From Dehalococcoidia bacterium (GTDB taxonomy: Bacteria > Chloroflexota > Dehalococcoidia > Lucifugimonadales > UBA2985): a stretch of 35,746 bases of DNA. Positions 9,442-17,724 of this stretch are shown one piece after another (position 1 is the stretch's first letter; the number at the start of each line of letters is the position of its first letter). The stretch is from positions 1 through 35,746 of the forward strand of contig CAUZOU010000002.1 of the NCBI GenBank assembly GCA_963581795.1. The letters run 5' to 3'. Both the position numbers and the translations under genes were made by a program. The notes below the pieces were generated by a model that saw only the letters and a list, made by a program, of their open reading frames with translations, made no database searches and was not told where the DNA came from.

Positions 9442-10374
9442 ATGCATCCTCTCATAGCCGTTGTGGGGCCAACGGCAGTTGGCAAGAGCAGGCTGGCGCT
9501 GGACTTGGCACGTCGGTTTGAGGGCGAAATAATCAACGGTGACAGTCGACAGATATACCGCGGCATGGACATCGGCACCGCGAAGGTTTCTGCGCAAGAA
9601 CGCGCCTTAGTTACACATCACTTGGTGGACATAGTTGAACCCGATGAGCCATACAGCCTTGCCCTGTACCTGGAACAGGCCCGCAAGGCCGTCCAGGACG
9701 TACAGAAAAGAGGCAAGCTCCCCGTTCTGGTTGGAGGCACCGGGCAGTACGTCTGGGGTCTCCTGGAAGGGTTCCTCACTCCTCAGGTCGCACCCAACCA
9801 AACGCTGAGGGCGCGGTTGGAAGCACAGGCCGCGGAAGAAGGACATGGCTCACTGTGGCAGAGGCTTGAAGATGTGGATAGAGTGGCAGCATCGCGCATA
9901 GATTCTCGAAACGTACGGCGGGTCGTACGCGCTCTTGAGGTTTTTTGTGAGACGGGAATACCCTTTTCCCAGGCCCAAGGTCGAGAGAAGCCACCGTACC
10001 GCACCATGATCATTGGCTTGACGATGGAGAGGCCCCGTTTGTACGACCGCATCGACCAGCGAGTGGATGCGATGGCTGTGGCGGGATGGCCACAGGAAGT
10101 ATCGCACCTTCTGGAAAAGGGATACGACGCGGATCTGCCATCCATGTCCAGCCTTGGATATCGTGAGATGGCCGCGTACGTGAGTGGTGAACTGCCGCTG
10201 GAGGAAACTATGGCCCAAATTAAAACGGCCACACATCGGTTTGCCAGGCATCAGTACTCCTGGTTCCGCCTTGGAGACACTCGCGTAAGTTGGCTGGACT
10301 CAGATGCGCCAGAGACGACACCACGAGCGTGTGATCTGGCGGCAGAGTTTATCATGGAAACCGAGCAAGCGTAG
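9442..10374 (+). CDS. miaA: tRNA dimethylallyltransferase
   Basis: 310 aa with P-loop GPTAVGKS, DSRQIYRGMDIGTAK, LVGGTGQY and the C-terminal RFARHQYSWFR. Confidence 0.95.
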   Translation: MHPLIAVVGPTAVGKSRLALDLARRFEGEIINGDSRQIYRGMDIGTAKVSAQERALVTHHLVDIVEPDEPYSLALYLEQARKAVQDVQKRGKLPVLVGGTGQYVWGLLEGFLTPQVAPNQTLRARLEAQAAEEGHGSLWQRLEDVDRVAASRIDSRNVRRVVRALEVFCETGIPFSQAQGREKPPYRTMIIGLTMERPRLYDRIDQRVDAMAVAGWPQEVSHLLEKGYDADLPSMSSLGYREMAAYVSGELPLEETMAQIKTATHRFARHQYSWFRLGDTRVSWLDSDAPETTPRACDLAAEFIMETEQA

Positions 10375-10573
10375 TTCCGGCACGGAAGGCGCTCTAAATT
10401 CTGATGGCCTTGCGCTATGTAACGAACCATCCCACTGCCCCTTCCAGAAAAGTTAAGGTGTAGGGTAGGCCCTGCAGCCACATTCAACTTCTGTTGTCCT
10501 AATCTGACCATGTTCTGTGATCCGCAAGGTTTAGGTCTGATCTGAGCCCAGTCTGGAGGAGACACCGACAGCG

Positions 10574-10606
10574 CCACCGCCAAAGGGGCTTCGCCCCTCT
10601 GGACTC
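10574..10606. repeat. Copy A of a short GC-hairpin element (CCACCGCCAAAGGGGCTTCGCCCCTCTGGACTC)
   Basis: It aligns with 26446-26480 at 27 identical positions out of 35 columns. All 6 mismatches are transitions and there are 2 single-nt gaps. The GGGGC-loop-GCCCC hairpin is conserved. Both copies are intergenic. Confidence 0.35.
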
Positions 10607-10726
10607 ATCGTGGCCTAGGCCTATAATCTGGGCGCAGGGCCACGCTCATTCGCCAGGCTCATGACGAGCTTTCACCCGCAATAGGCTCTGTTTATGAAGG
10701 TACGGCAAGCGAGCCATGGTAGCCTA

Positions 10727-10735
10727 TGGTAGAAT
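10727..10735 (+). promoter_or_regulatory. Extended -10 promoter element (TGgTAGAAT) for the small ORF/dapF operon
   Basis: TG-n-TAGAAT lies 25 nt upstream of ATG 10760. A second candidate pair, TGGACT-N16-TATAAT, ends at 10627. Confidence 0.3.
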
Positions 10736-10759
10736 CTAGGTGATTTAGGAGATAGTTCT

Positions 10760-10900
10760 ATGCTGAAATTACTTGTCGGTCTGACAATAGGGATATACCT
10801 CGGATTCAACTCCCCAAAATATATCAAGCAGTGCCGAGAGATGTGCGATTGCTACATCTCGGCCGTGCATGATGAAGCGCACAAAAAGGAACCAGCGTGA
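10760..10900 (+). CDS. Hypothetical 46 aa small protein (one hydrophobic helix, three Cys)
   Basis: Not in the ORF track because it is under 60 aa. Sequence is MLKLLVGLTIGIYLGFNSPKYIKQCREMCDCYISAVHDEAHKKEPA. AGGAG at 10748-10752 lies 7 nt before the ATG. Its stop overlaps the dapF GTG start (GTGA at 10897-10900), which suggests translational coupling. Confidence 0.35.
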   Translation: MLKLLVGLTIGIYLGFNSPKYIKQCREMCDCYISAVHDEAHKKEPA

Positions 10901-11745
10901 GATTTACAAAGATGCATGGAGCTGGCAACGATTACGTGCTTCTAGATGCCCGCGACATGGAGGCCGACTGGCATGCTCTGGCCAAGTCCATGTGCGACCG
11001 TCACATGGGAGTTGGGGCCGACGGCCTTCTGCTGGTCGTGCCGTCTGGCACAGCTGACATACGTATGCGCATGTACAACCCGGACGGCTCCGAGTCCGAG
11101 ATGTGCGGCAACGGCATCCGCTGTCTTGGCAAGTACGTTCTAGAACGGAACATCGTTGACCGTGATAGGAACCCGCTGAACGTGGAGACCATGGCCGGAA
11201 TTCGTGTGCTGGAGCCGATATGGCACAACGGCGAGGTAGACCGTATCCGTGTGGCCATGGGCGAGCCTGAACTGCGTTCGAATAAGGTTCCTGTGACTCT
11301 CTCGGAAGATATGGGGGACGGGCCTGTGCTAGACTTCCCTCTAGACGTAGACGGTACTTCGCTTGACCTCACATTCGTCTCAATGGGCAATCCGCACGCG
11401 GTCGCATTCATAGACTCGCCCGTAAACAAGTTTCCGCTTCACCGCATTGGGCCGGAGGTGGAGCGACACGGGATTTTCCCCAACAAGGTGAATTTCTCGA
11501 TAGTAAACGTGAAAGATGGCCGCTGGGTGGTTGCAAGGGTATGGGAACGCGGAGTGGGTGAGACACTGGCATGCGGTACGGGAGCCTGCGCCATAGCTGT
11601 GGCAAGCCGCCTGCACGGGTATACGAGCGATGAAGTTGACATAACCCTCCCAGGAGGCGTCCTCACAATCTCCTGGGACGGTGTGGGACAGGTATACATG
11701 GAGGGGCCTGTCGTTGAGATCTTCAAGGGCGAATGGAACGGCTGA
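10897..11745 (+). CDS. dapF: Diaminopimelate epimerase
   Basis: 282 aa with an N-terminal FTKMHGAGNDY and both catalytic Cys blocks (MCGNGIRC and ACGTGACA). Confidence 0.9.
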   Translation: MRFTKMHGAGNDYVLLDARDMEADWHALAKSMCDRHMGVGADGLLLVVPSGTADIRMRMYNPDGSESEMCGNGIRCLGKYVLERNIVDRDRNPLNVETMAGIRVLEPIWHNGEVDRIRVAMGEPELRSNKVPVTLSEDMGDGPVLDFPLDVDGTSLDLTFVSMGNPHAVAFIDSPVNKFPLHRIGPEVERHGIFPNKVNFSIVNVKDGRWVVARVWERGVGETLACGTGACAIAVASRLHGYTSDEVDITLPGGVLTISWDGVGQVYMEGPVVEIFKGEWNG

Positions 11746-11770
11746 ATGCTAACCTGAGATGAGGCCATAA

Positions 11771-12094
11771 ATGAAAGTCTGCATTCCCCACAGGACAACC
11801 AAAGACAAGGCTCTGGAGCAGTTAAAAGCACACAGTTCCAAACTGATGGCCAGGTTCGGCTCGGAGGTATCCGGGCTTCAGCAAGAGTGGCATGAGAACC
11901 AGATGACCTTCTCCTTCACGGCGCGCGGGTTTTCCATAACGGGTATGCTGATGGTAGCGGATGAACAGGTGGACTTGGAGATAAACCTGCCGATGCTGGC
12001 AAGGCTCATGGAAGGACAGATCCGAGATAGAGTGACGGAGTCCATACAGGAGATTTTTAAACCAGAGATTGAGGGTAAGGAGCAGAATACATGA
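11771..12094 (+). CDS. Small protein resembling the putative polyhydroxyalkanoic-acid-system (PHA granule region) family
   Basis: 107 aa. The pattern FTARGFSITGMLMVADEQVDLEINLPMLARLMEGQIRDRVTESIQEIF matches the remembered consensus of that roughly 90 aa family (..F.RSG..G.L.V....hEL.hKL..L...h...I...I...L). Its stop overlaps the dapL start (ATGA at 12091-12094). Confidence 0.5.
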   Translation: MKVCIPHRTTKDKALEQLKAHSSKLMARFGSEVSGLQQEWHENQMTFSFTARGFSITGMLMVADEQVDLEINLPMLARLMEGQIRDRVTESIQEIFKPEIEGKEQNT

Positions 12095-13269
12095 AGTTCG
12101 CCAACCGTATAGAGCAGCTTCCACCGTACCTTTTTGTGGAAATCAGCCGCAAGATAGCCCAAAAGAGGGCTGAGGGCGCCGACGTGGTCACCTTCGCCAT
12201 CGGTGACCCGGACATACCGACTCCTACGCATATTTTGAATCGCCTGCATGAGGCAAGCCAAGACCCTCCCAATCACCGCTATCCGGAGTCGGAGGGGCTA
12301 CCTGAACTACGAAGGACCATTGCCGAATGGTACGAGGGACGCTTTGGAGTGACACTTGACCCGGATAAGGAAGTGCTGCCCCTCATTGGAGCCAAAGAGG
12401 GCATCGGTCATGCCGCTCTTTGCTTCATTGATCCAGGAGACGTGGCCCTTATTCCGGACCCCGGATATCCCGTCTACTCCGTTGGAACCATGTTCGCAGG
12501 CGGCGAGTGCCACTGGATGCCATTGGTGGAGGGGAATGAGTGGCTCCCAGACCTGAAGGCCATACCTACGGGAGTTGCAGATAAGGCCAAGGCCATGTGG
12601 ATCAACTATCCAAACAATCCCACAGGAGCCATTGCAGGAGGGGAGTTTTTCGAAGACGTAGTAGCTTTCGCAAAACAGCACGAGATTCCAGTGCTCCACG
12701 ACGCCCCATACACGGAGGTAGCCTACGACGGTTACAGGCCGATGAGCTTCCTTGAGGTACCGGGAGCCAAAGACGTCGGCATAGAATTTCACTCGCTATC
12801 CAAGAGCTACAACATGACGGGCTGGCGAATAGGCATGGCTGTCGGCAACGCAGATATGATAAACGCACTGATGCGCGTGAAGTCCAACCTAGACTCCGGC
12901 ATACCCCAGGCCATTCAGCACGCCGCGATAGAGGCACTCCGTGGCCCTCAGAACTGTATTGAGGAACACAACCAGATATACCAGAAGCGCAGAGACAAGG
13001 TGGTGGCGACACTGAGACAAATAGGGTTGGATGTGGCCGTACCAAAGGCCAGCCTCTACGTCTGGGCCAAGCTCCCACCAGGATGGACATCGGCAGCGTT
13101 CTCTTCGCTTCTAATAGAGGAGAAGGACATTGTGGTGACTCCGGGTTCAGGCTACGGCAGCTACGGGGAAGGGTACATTCGTTTGTCTCTAACCATCGCA
13201 GATGTACAGCTGGATAAGGGCCTTGAGCGCCTGACATCCTGGCGTATACCAGACCCGCCATCCAGCTAG
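12091..13269 (+). CDS. dapL: LL-diaminopimelate aminotransferase (class I aminotransferase, DapL type)
   Basis: 392 aa with the N-terminal RIEQLPPYLFVEI..KI...R..GADVVTFAIGDPDIPTP typical of DapL and the PLP lysine block SLSKSYNMTGWRIG. It clusters with dapF. Confidence 0.8.
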   Translation: MKFANRIEQLPPYLFVEISRKIAQKRAEGADVVTFAIGDPDIPTPTHILNRLHEASQDPPNHRYPESEGLPELRRTIAEWYEGRFGVTLDPDKEVLPLIGAKEGIGHAALCFIDPGDVALIPDPGYPVYSVGTMFAGGECHWMPLVEGNEWLPDLKAIPTGVADKAKAMWINYPNNPTGAIAGGEFFEDVVAFAKQHEIPVLHDAPYTEVAYDGYRPMSFLEVPGAKDVGIEFHSLSKSYNMTGWRIGMAVGNADMINALMRVKSNLDSGIPQAIQHAAIEALRGPQNCIEEHNQIYQKRRDKVVATLRQIGLDVAVPKASLYVWAKLPPGWTSAAFSSLLIEEKDIVVTPGSGYGSYGEGYIRLSLTIADVQLDKGLERLTSWRIPDPPSS

Positions 13270-13367
13270 ACGTTCCCAGCTAAGAAACCTCAAGCCAGGC
13301 ATACAAGGAGGTACCAGCCACGCCCAAGACAATCGTATCCACCAAGGTACGCCCGGAAAAGGCCGTC

Positions 13368-14483
13368 TTGGTGGGGGTAGAAATCAAAGGTGCCCGTCAT
13401 CTTTGGACGGTGGAAGACTCGCTGGAGGAGCTGAGTCTGCTGGCCAGCGCCGCGGGCGCCCAGGTGGTGAGTACTCTCGACCAGCGTCTGGACAGGCAGA
13501 CCCACACCTATGTGGGCAAGGGTAAGATAGACGAGATCAAAACCATGCTGGATCACGCGGAAGCAAACGTGGTGATATTCGATGACGAACTCACGCCGAC
13601 GCAGCAGAGGAACCTTGAAGAAGCCCTGAACGTGAAGGTCATAGACCGTACCGCTCTTATCCTTGACGTGTTTGCAAGGCGTGCACAGACCCACGAAGGG
13701 CGGCTACAGGTTGAACTCGCCCAGCACGAGTATCTATTGCCACGACTTGTGGGCCAGTGGTCCCACCTTGAACGCCTTGGCGGCGGCATAGGCACACGAG
13801 GCCCAGGAGAGACTCAGCTAGAAACCGACCGCCGTATCATACGCAACAAGATTCAAAAACTGAAGCGTGAGTTGGAACAGGTACGTCAGCAGCGCTCACT
13901 GTACAGGCAGCGCCGTCAACGGCAGGGTGTGCCGGTGGTGTCACTGGTGGGATACACCAATGCGGGAAAGAGCACCCTTCTCAATGCTCTCAGTCATGCC
14001 GGGGTGGTAGCTGAGGACAAGATGTTCTCTACTCTTGACCCCGTCACCAGAAAGATATCTCACCCGGGCAGCAGGTCGTTTCTGCTCACAGATACCGTCG
14101 GGTTCATCCAAAAGCTGCCTCCAACGCTTGTGGCCGCCTTCAGAGCTACCCTGGAGGAGCTTGAGGGCGCCGATGCAGTCATCCACGTTATAGATATAAC
14201 GCATCAGAACGCGGCAGAGCAGGTACAGGTGGTGGACGACCTCCTGGCTCAACTCAACCTAGAGGACAAACCCCGCATACTGGCACTGAACAAGATAGAC
14301 CTCCTTGTGAATCATGAGCAAGGTGAAGAGTACGTACAGCGTCTCAATAACCAGGACGAGGACAGCATTGTGCCCGTATCTGCAGCGAAGGGATGGGGTA
14401 TGGACAACCTTCTGAAAAGCATCACGGCGCTACTGGACGCACAGAAAGGCCAGTCACAAGACGCTGCAGGCTTTTGGGCCTAG
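13368..14483 (+). CDS. hflX: GTPase HflX
   Basis: It has an HflX N-terminal domain and coiled-coil linker. G motifs are [15 protein letters not shown] and NKID. The coordinates use the first canonical start (TTG 13368), but the conserved N-terminal strand ([10 protein letters not shown]) runs upstream of it. The true start is therefore uncertain. Confidence 0.88.
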   Translation: MVGVEIKGARHLWTVEDSLEELSLLASAAGAQVVSTLDQRLDRQTHTYVGKGKIDEIKTMLDHAEANVVIFDDELTPTQQRNLEEALNVKVIDRTALILDVFARRAQTHEGRLQVELAQHEYLLPRLVGQWSHLERLGGGIGTRGPGETQLETDRRIIRNKIQKLKRELEQVRQQRSLYRQRRQRQGVPVVSLVGYTNAGKSTLLNALSHAGVVAEDKMFSTLDPVTRKISHPGSRSFLLTDTVGFIQKLPPTLVAAFRATLEELEGADAVIHVIDITHQNAAEQVQVVDDLLAQLNLEDKPRILALNKIDLLVNHEQGEEYVQRLNNQDEDSIVPVSAAKGWGMDNLLKSITALLDAQKGQSQDAAGFWA

Positions 14484-14537
14484 AGTTCTCTCTCAAGTAA
14501 TTTGATAACTTCAATAACTATTGGCAAAGGAGTTTAC

Positions 14538-14879
14538 ATGACGTTAGAAACAAATGGCCTGCCAGCCAAGCCATTTTTCACATGCGATGCCGATGGGCTT
14601 TCCATATTGGACGCCGCACAGGCAAACAATCTTCTGAGCGCGTACTCGATTCAGCCCTGGATGGATTTTAAGAATGGGCAAGGAAACATAATAGACACGA
14701 TTCCGCGTAAGGTGACGGCTCGGGATGGGCAGCAGATAACTGTGGAGTGCGAGGACGGCATGGTGCACATAGACTTTGAGGAAGGAAAAGCTCGTAAGGT
14801 CACACCGGCCGGAGAGTACGTTTATATGGGCGCATTGGAAGAGCGGAACGATGGAATGGGTTACATAGCGGTGTCATAG
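14538..14879 (+). CDS. Hypothetical protein (113 aa)
   Basis: An open frame with AAGGAG at 14527-14532, 5 nt before ATG 14538. The track ORF starts at 14502. No family was recognised. Confidence 0.5.
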   Translation: MTLETNGLPAKPFFTCDADGLSILDAAQANNLLSAYSIQPWMDFKNGQGNIIDTIPRKVTARDGQQITVECEDGMVHIDFEEGKARKVTPAGEYVYMGALEERNDGMGYIAVS

Positions 14880-15168
14880 GGATAGGGAACAGGCGATATA
14901 TATTCGCCCTATATATGTTATGTCAAATACAATACGCTCGAAATCGCTCTCACGTTGGCATAATGCTGCCATGTCCACTGTCACCCTATCACTTTCGTCT
15001 AAGGCAGTATGAGACTGCTTGTGCAATACGAGCCGTAGACCTTCGACTTGACTTCAGGGTCGGCTGCGTGCAAAACTCAGCCCGAAAAAGCCCAGTTCCC
15101 ATCCCATTGGTATCATCGAGTCCAAACCCCAGCCATCCTGGATTATTTGGCCCAGAGGTTAGATAAGA

Positions 15169-16206
15169 GTGACGAGCAAGACGCCCGACAGCCCGGATAC
15201 CACCGATAATACCCCTGAAAGACCTGAAGTAAAGACCGTTCTATTAATTGAGGACCTTCACACCTCGTTCTTTACCCGCGACGGCGAAGTCAAGGCCGTT
15301 AATGGCATTAATCTAACCCTGAAAGAAAACAGTATCCTCGGCATCGTGGGAGAAAGCGGCTCGGGTAAATCCGTTACGGCACTTTCTACGCTGCGCCTTG
15401 TGCCCTATCCTGGAAAGATTACGCATGGAACCGTGTCCTTCGAGGGAGTGAATCTCCTTGAGGTCGATAACGAAAGTCTACGTAAGATACGCGGCAAGGA
15501 TATAGCCATAATCTTCCAAGAGCCGACCACCGCTCTCAACCCGCTTATCAACATAGGCACGCACATGGAAGAGGTGCTTCAGGCCCATAGCTCCATGACT
15601 AAAGTGGAGGCCAGAGAGAGGGCGGTTGAGCTTCTGACAGAGTTTGAGTTACCATCTCCGTCTCAGATTCTGAAACGTCACCCATTCGAGCTTAGCGGCG
15701 GCCAGGCACAGAGGGTGATGATTGCAATGGCAATGGCCTGGAACCCGAAGGTGCTCATCGCCGATGAGATCACCTCAAACCTGGACGTCACCCTACAGGC
15801 GGACGTGCTTGACCGTCTCAAGCGGCTACAGGCTGAGAGGCACTCTGCCATCGTACTTATTACACACGACATGGGTGTCATAGCCCAAGTGTGCGAGGAC
15901 GTAGCCGTCATGTACGCCGGCTCCATTGTCGAGTATACGGACACTCCGCACCTGTTCCAGCGTCCTCACCATCCCTACACGTGGGCACTATTGCAGTCCA
16001 TTCCACGCCTCGATCAGCCAACGCGCACCCTGCACCCCATACACGGCTCATCCCCCAACCTCATAGACCTCCCGGATCAGTGCCCCTACCTACCGCGGTG
16101 CCCCAAAGCCTCGAACGAATGCCGTCTAAGCCCAAAACCCGCCTTGAGAGAGGTTGAGCCCGGACACTACGTTGCCTGCTACAACGTGATTGAGCACGAC
16201 GACTAA
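15169..16206 (+). CDS. ABC transporter ATP-binding protein, oligopeptide/dipeptide (OppD/DppD) type
   Basis: 345 aa with Walker A GESGSGKS, signature LSGGQAQRV, Walker B region VLIADEITSNLD, H-loop ITHD and the OppD-type C-terminal extension (HPYTWALLQSIP...CPY..RC). GTG start. No permease, binding protein or second ATPase is adjacent. Confidence 0.85.
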   Translation: MTSKTPDSPDTTDNTPERPEVKTVLLIEDLHTSFFTRDGEVKAVNGINLTLKENSILGIVGESGSGKSVTALSTLRLVPYPGKITHGTVSFEGVNLLEVDNESLRKIRGKDIAIIFQEPTTALNPLINIGTHMEEVLQAHSSMTKVEARERAVELLTEFELPSPSQILKRHPFELSGGQAQRVMIAMAMAWNPKVLIADEITSNLDVTLQADVLDRLKRLQAERHSAIVLITHDMGVIAQVCEDVAVMYAGSIVEYTDTPHLFQRPHHPYTWALLQSIPRLDQPTRTLHPIHGSSPNLIDLPDQCPYLPRCPKASNECRLSPKPALREVEPGHYVACYNVIEHDD

Positions 16207-17237
16207 GAGGAGCGCGCAGCGCCCCCTCCAACAACCCTATGGATAATCGAGACCTCCGTAAACACCTCAACCAGGAATTCCGCCACGGCATTTTCAGCAA
16301 TGCGCCCCGTTTTGATGGCCAGGTCTGCCTCAAGTAAACCGCGATGCAAGGACTCAAGGGCAGTCACGGAGTAACGCCTTCCCTGCTCTCTCACCTTGTT
16401 GAGTACCCATCCGGAGGATAATCCGATGCCGGCGCCTATCTGACTCTGCGGTACGTTCCTAGCCTCCATATCCTTGATGAGAAGGAGAAGCCGCACCTGG
16501 CGCGCTACCATAGTCACTATGTAGGGGCCATTTGCTCCGTCCTCCATAAGATGTCCTATGATCCGCAGGGCTTCGGAATATCTCTTTTCAAGCATGGCAT
16601 CAACGACATTAAATACGCTCATCTCCTTAACCAAGGGCACCAGAAGCCGGATGTCTTCTCGCTCCACGGTGCGACCCCCGCAGTAAAGAGATAGTTTTTC
16701 TATCTCACTATGCAGAGTCCATAGGTTGCCCCCAACCAACGCTGCCAACAGTCTAACTCCATCCCCGGATATACTGCATTTCATTGAGGCGGCTCTCTCC
16801 TCAATCCAGGCGTTCAACCCGGCACCGCTAAGAGAGGAAAATTCTCTTGTCCGTCCCAGCGGTGACAGTTGTTTCAACAGAGCGTTGTCCTTTCTGACCG
16901 CCCCGTCAATCAGCACCAGGTCTGTGGATGGAGGCATGGCAGGAATATAGCCTGCAATGGACATCCACGAGGAAGAATCGCCCTGTGCGCCTTTGCTCTT
17001 CCTGGAGGCCCTCCGGCCATCTGTGGAAGACAGTAGGCCGTCTACGATAACCATCCGCCTTTCTGCCAGGAACGGCACTGTGTTGCACAGCGCCTGGAGG
17101 TGTTGTGGCGAATAGGCGGAAACGTGTGACCTTGTGACATTGGCATCAAGGACATCCTTCGGCCCCACCTGGGACTTGAGATGCTCCAGTGCTTCATGTA
17201 TGGAGAATTCGTCTGCGCCGTAGAAAATGTGAAGCAT
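16203..17237 (-). CDS. holA: DNA polymerase III subunit delta
   Basis: 344 aa with N-terminal IFYGADEFSI and the HolA block LVGGNLWTLHSEIEKLSLY. Its TAG stop overlaps the TAA stop of the convergent ABC ATPase gene (CTAA at 16203-16206). Confidence 0.8.
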   Translation of the reverse strand: MLHIFYGADEFSIHEALEHLKSQVGPKDVLDANVTRSHVSAYSPQHLQALCNTVPFLAERRMVIVDGLLSSTDGRRASRKSKGAQGDSSSWMSIAGYIPAMPPSTDLVLIDGAVRKDNALLKQLSPLGRTREFSSLSGAGLNAWIEERAASMKCSISGDGVRLLAALVGGNLWTLHSEIEKLSLYCGGRTVEREDIRLLVPLVKEMSVFNVVDAMLEKRYSEALRIIGHLMEDGANGPYIVTMVARQVRLLLLIKDMEARNVPQSQIGAGIGLSSGWVLNKVREQGRRYSVTALESLHRGLLEADLAIKTGRIAENAVAEFLVEVFTEVSIIHRVVGGGAARSS

Positions 17238-17256
17238 TTACCATTCCCAGAGTACA

Positions 17257-17285
17257 TTTCCAAATGCACACCACACGAGTATAAT
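17257..17285 (+). promoter_or_regulatory. Sigma70-like promoter candidate TTTCCA-N17-TATAAT
   Basis: The hexamers at 17257-17262 and 17280-17285 have a 17 nt spacer. They lie in the holA / small-membrane-protein intergenic region, about 57 nt upstream of ATG 17342. Confidence 0.3.
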
Positions 17286-17341
17286 ATAAAGCCAGCATAC
17301 ACTAGAGAAAGCTAGGTTTGTAGCCACGGACACTTTACAAA

Positions 17342-17599
17342 ATGAGATTGGCACTCCTATATCGCCTTGCTATTCCCCTTTTGTTGACCATTGTGTCAGC
17401 TTCTGTCTTCTTCCGCGTTCTGATTCTTGTTGTGCTAGCCATAGCTTTCTCATTTCTTCTTCTGCTGCTATCCCGTCTCGCAGGAAACGTAACGGGTAAG
17501 GCAGAAAAAACAACCAAGGACGTAAAGAAGGTCATAGAGAGCAACTACAAGATAGTGGACGACAATGAAGAGCCATCCAATAGCGAGAACGGATCCTAA
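17342..17599 (+). CDS. Hypothetical small membrane protein (two predicted TM helices, acidic/basic tail)
   Basis: 85 aa. Hydrophobic stretches are LAIPLLLTIVSASVFF and VLILVVLAIAFSFLLLLL, followed by a charged tail. A TTTCCA-N17-TATAAT promoter-like pair lies upstream. It sits in an AT-richer spacer. Confidence 0.45.
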   Translation: MRLALLYRLAIPLLLTIVSASVFFRVLILVVLAIAFSFLLLLLSRLAGNVTGKAEKTTKDVKKVIESNYKIVDDNEEPSNSENGS

Positions 17600-17724
17600 T
17601 AAGAGATCAAATAGAAGACCGTCAGAATTAAATCCTCTTATCAAAGGCACTCGTATATGTTGAGTAAGTGTTGCCGAACTGCAATGAAATTTCACGGAAT
17701 CTAATATTTGAGAAAGAATATCAA

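Noticed and set aside
10536-10575. SRP (4.5S) RNA-like segment CCCAGUCUGGAGGAGACACCGACAGC.
   Set aside because: The loop is GGAGG, not a GNRA tetraloop. The conserved symmetric and asymmetric loop nucleotides (AGGUCCGGAAGGAAGCAGC) are not reproduced. No long closing helix is evident.
14892-14908. GGCGA-TATATAT-TCGCC hairpin after the 113 aa hypothetical gene, considered as an intrinsic terminator.
   Set aside because: The GC stem is only 5 bp, the loop is 7 nt and there is no clean U tract. It is too weak to annotate as a terminator.
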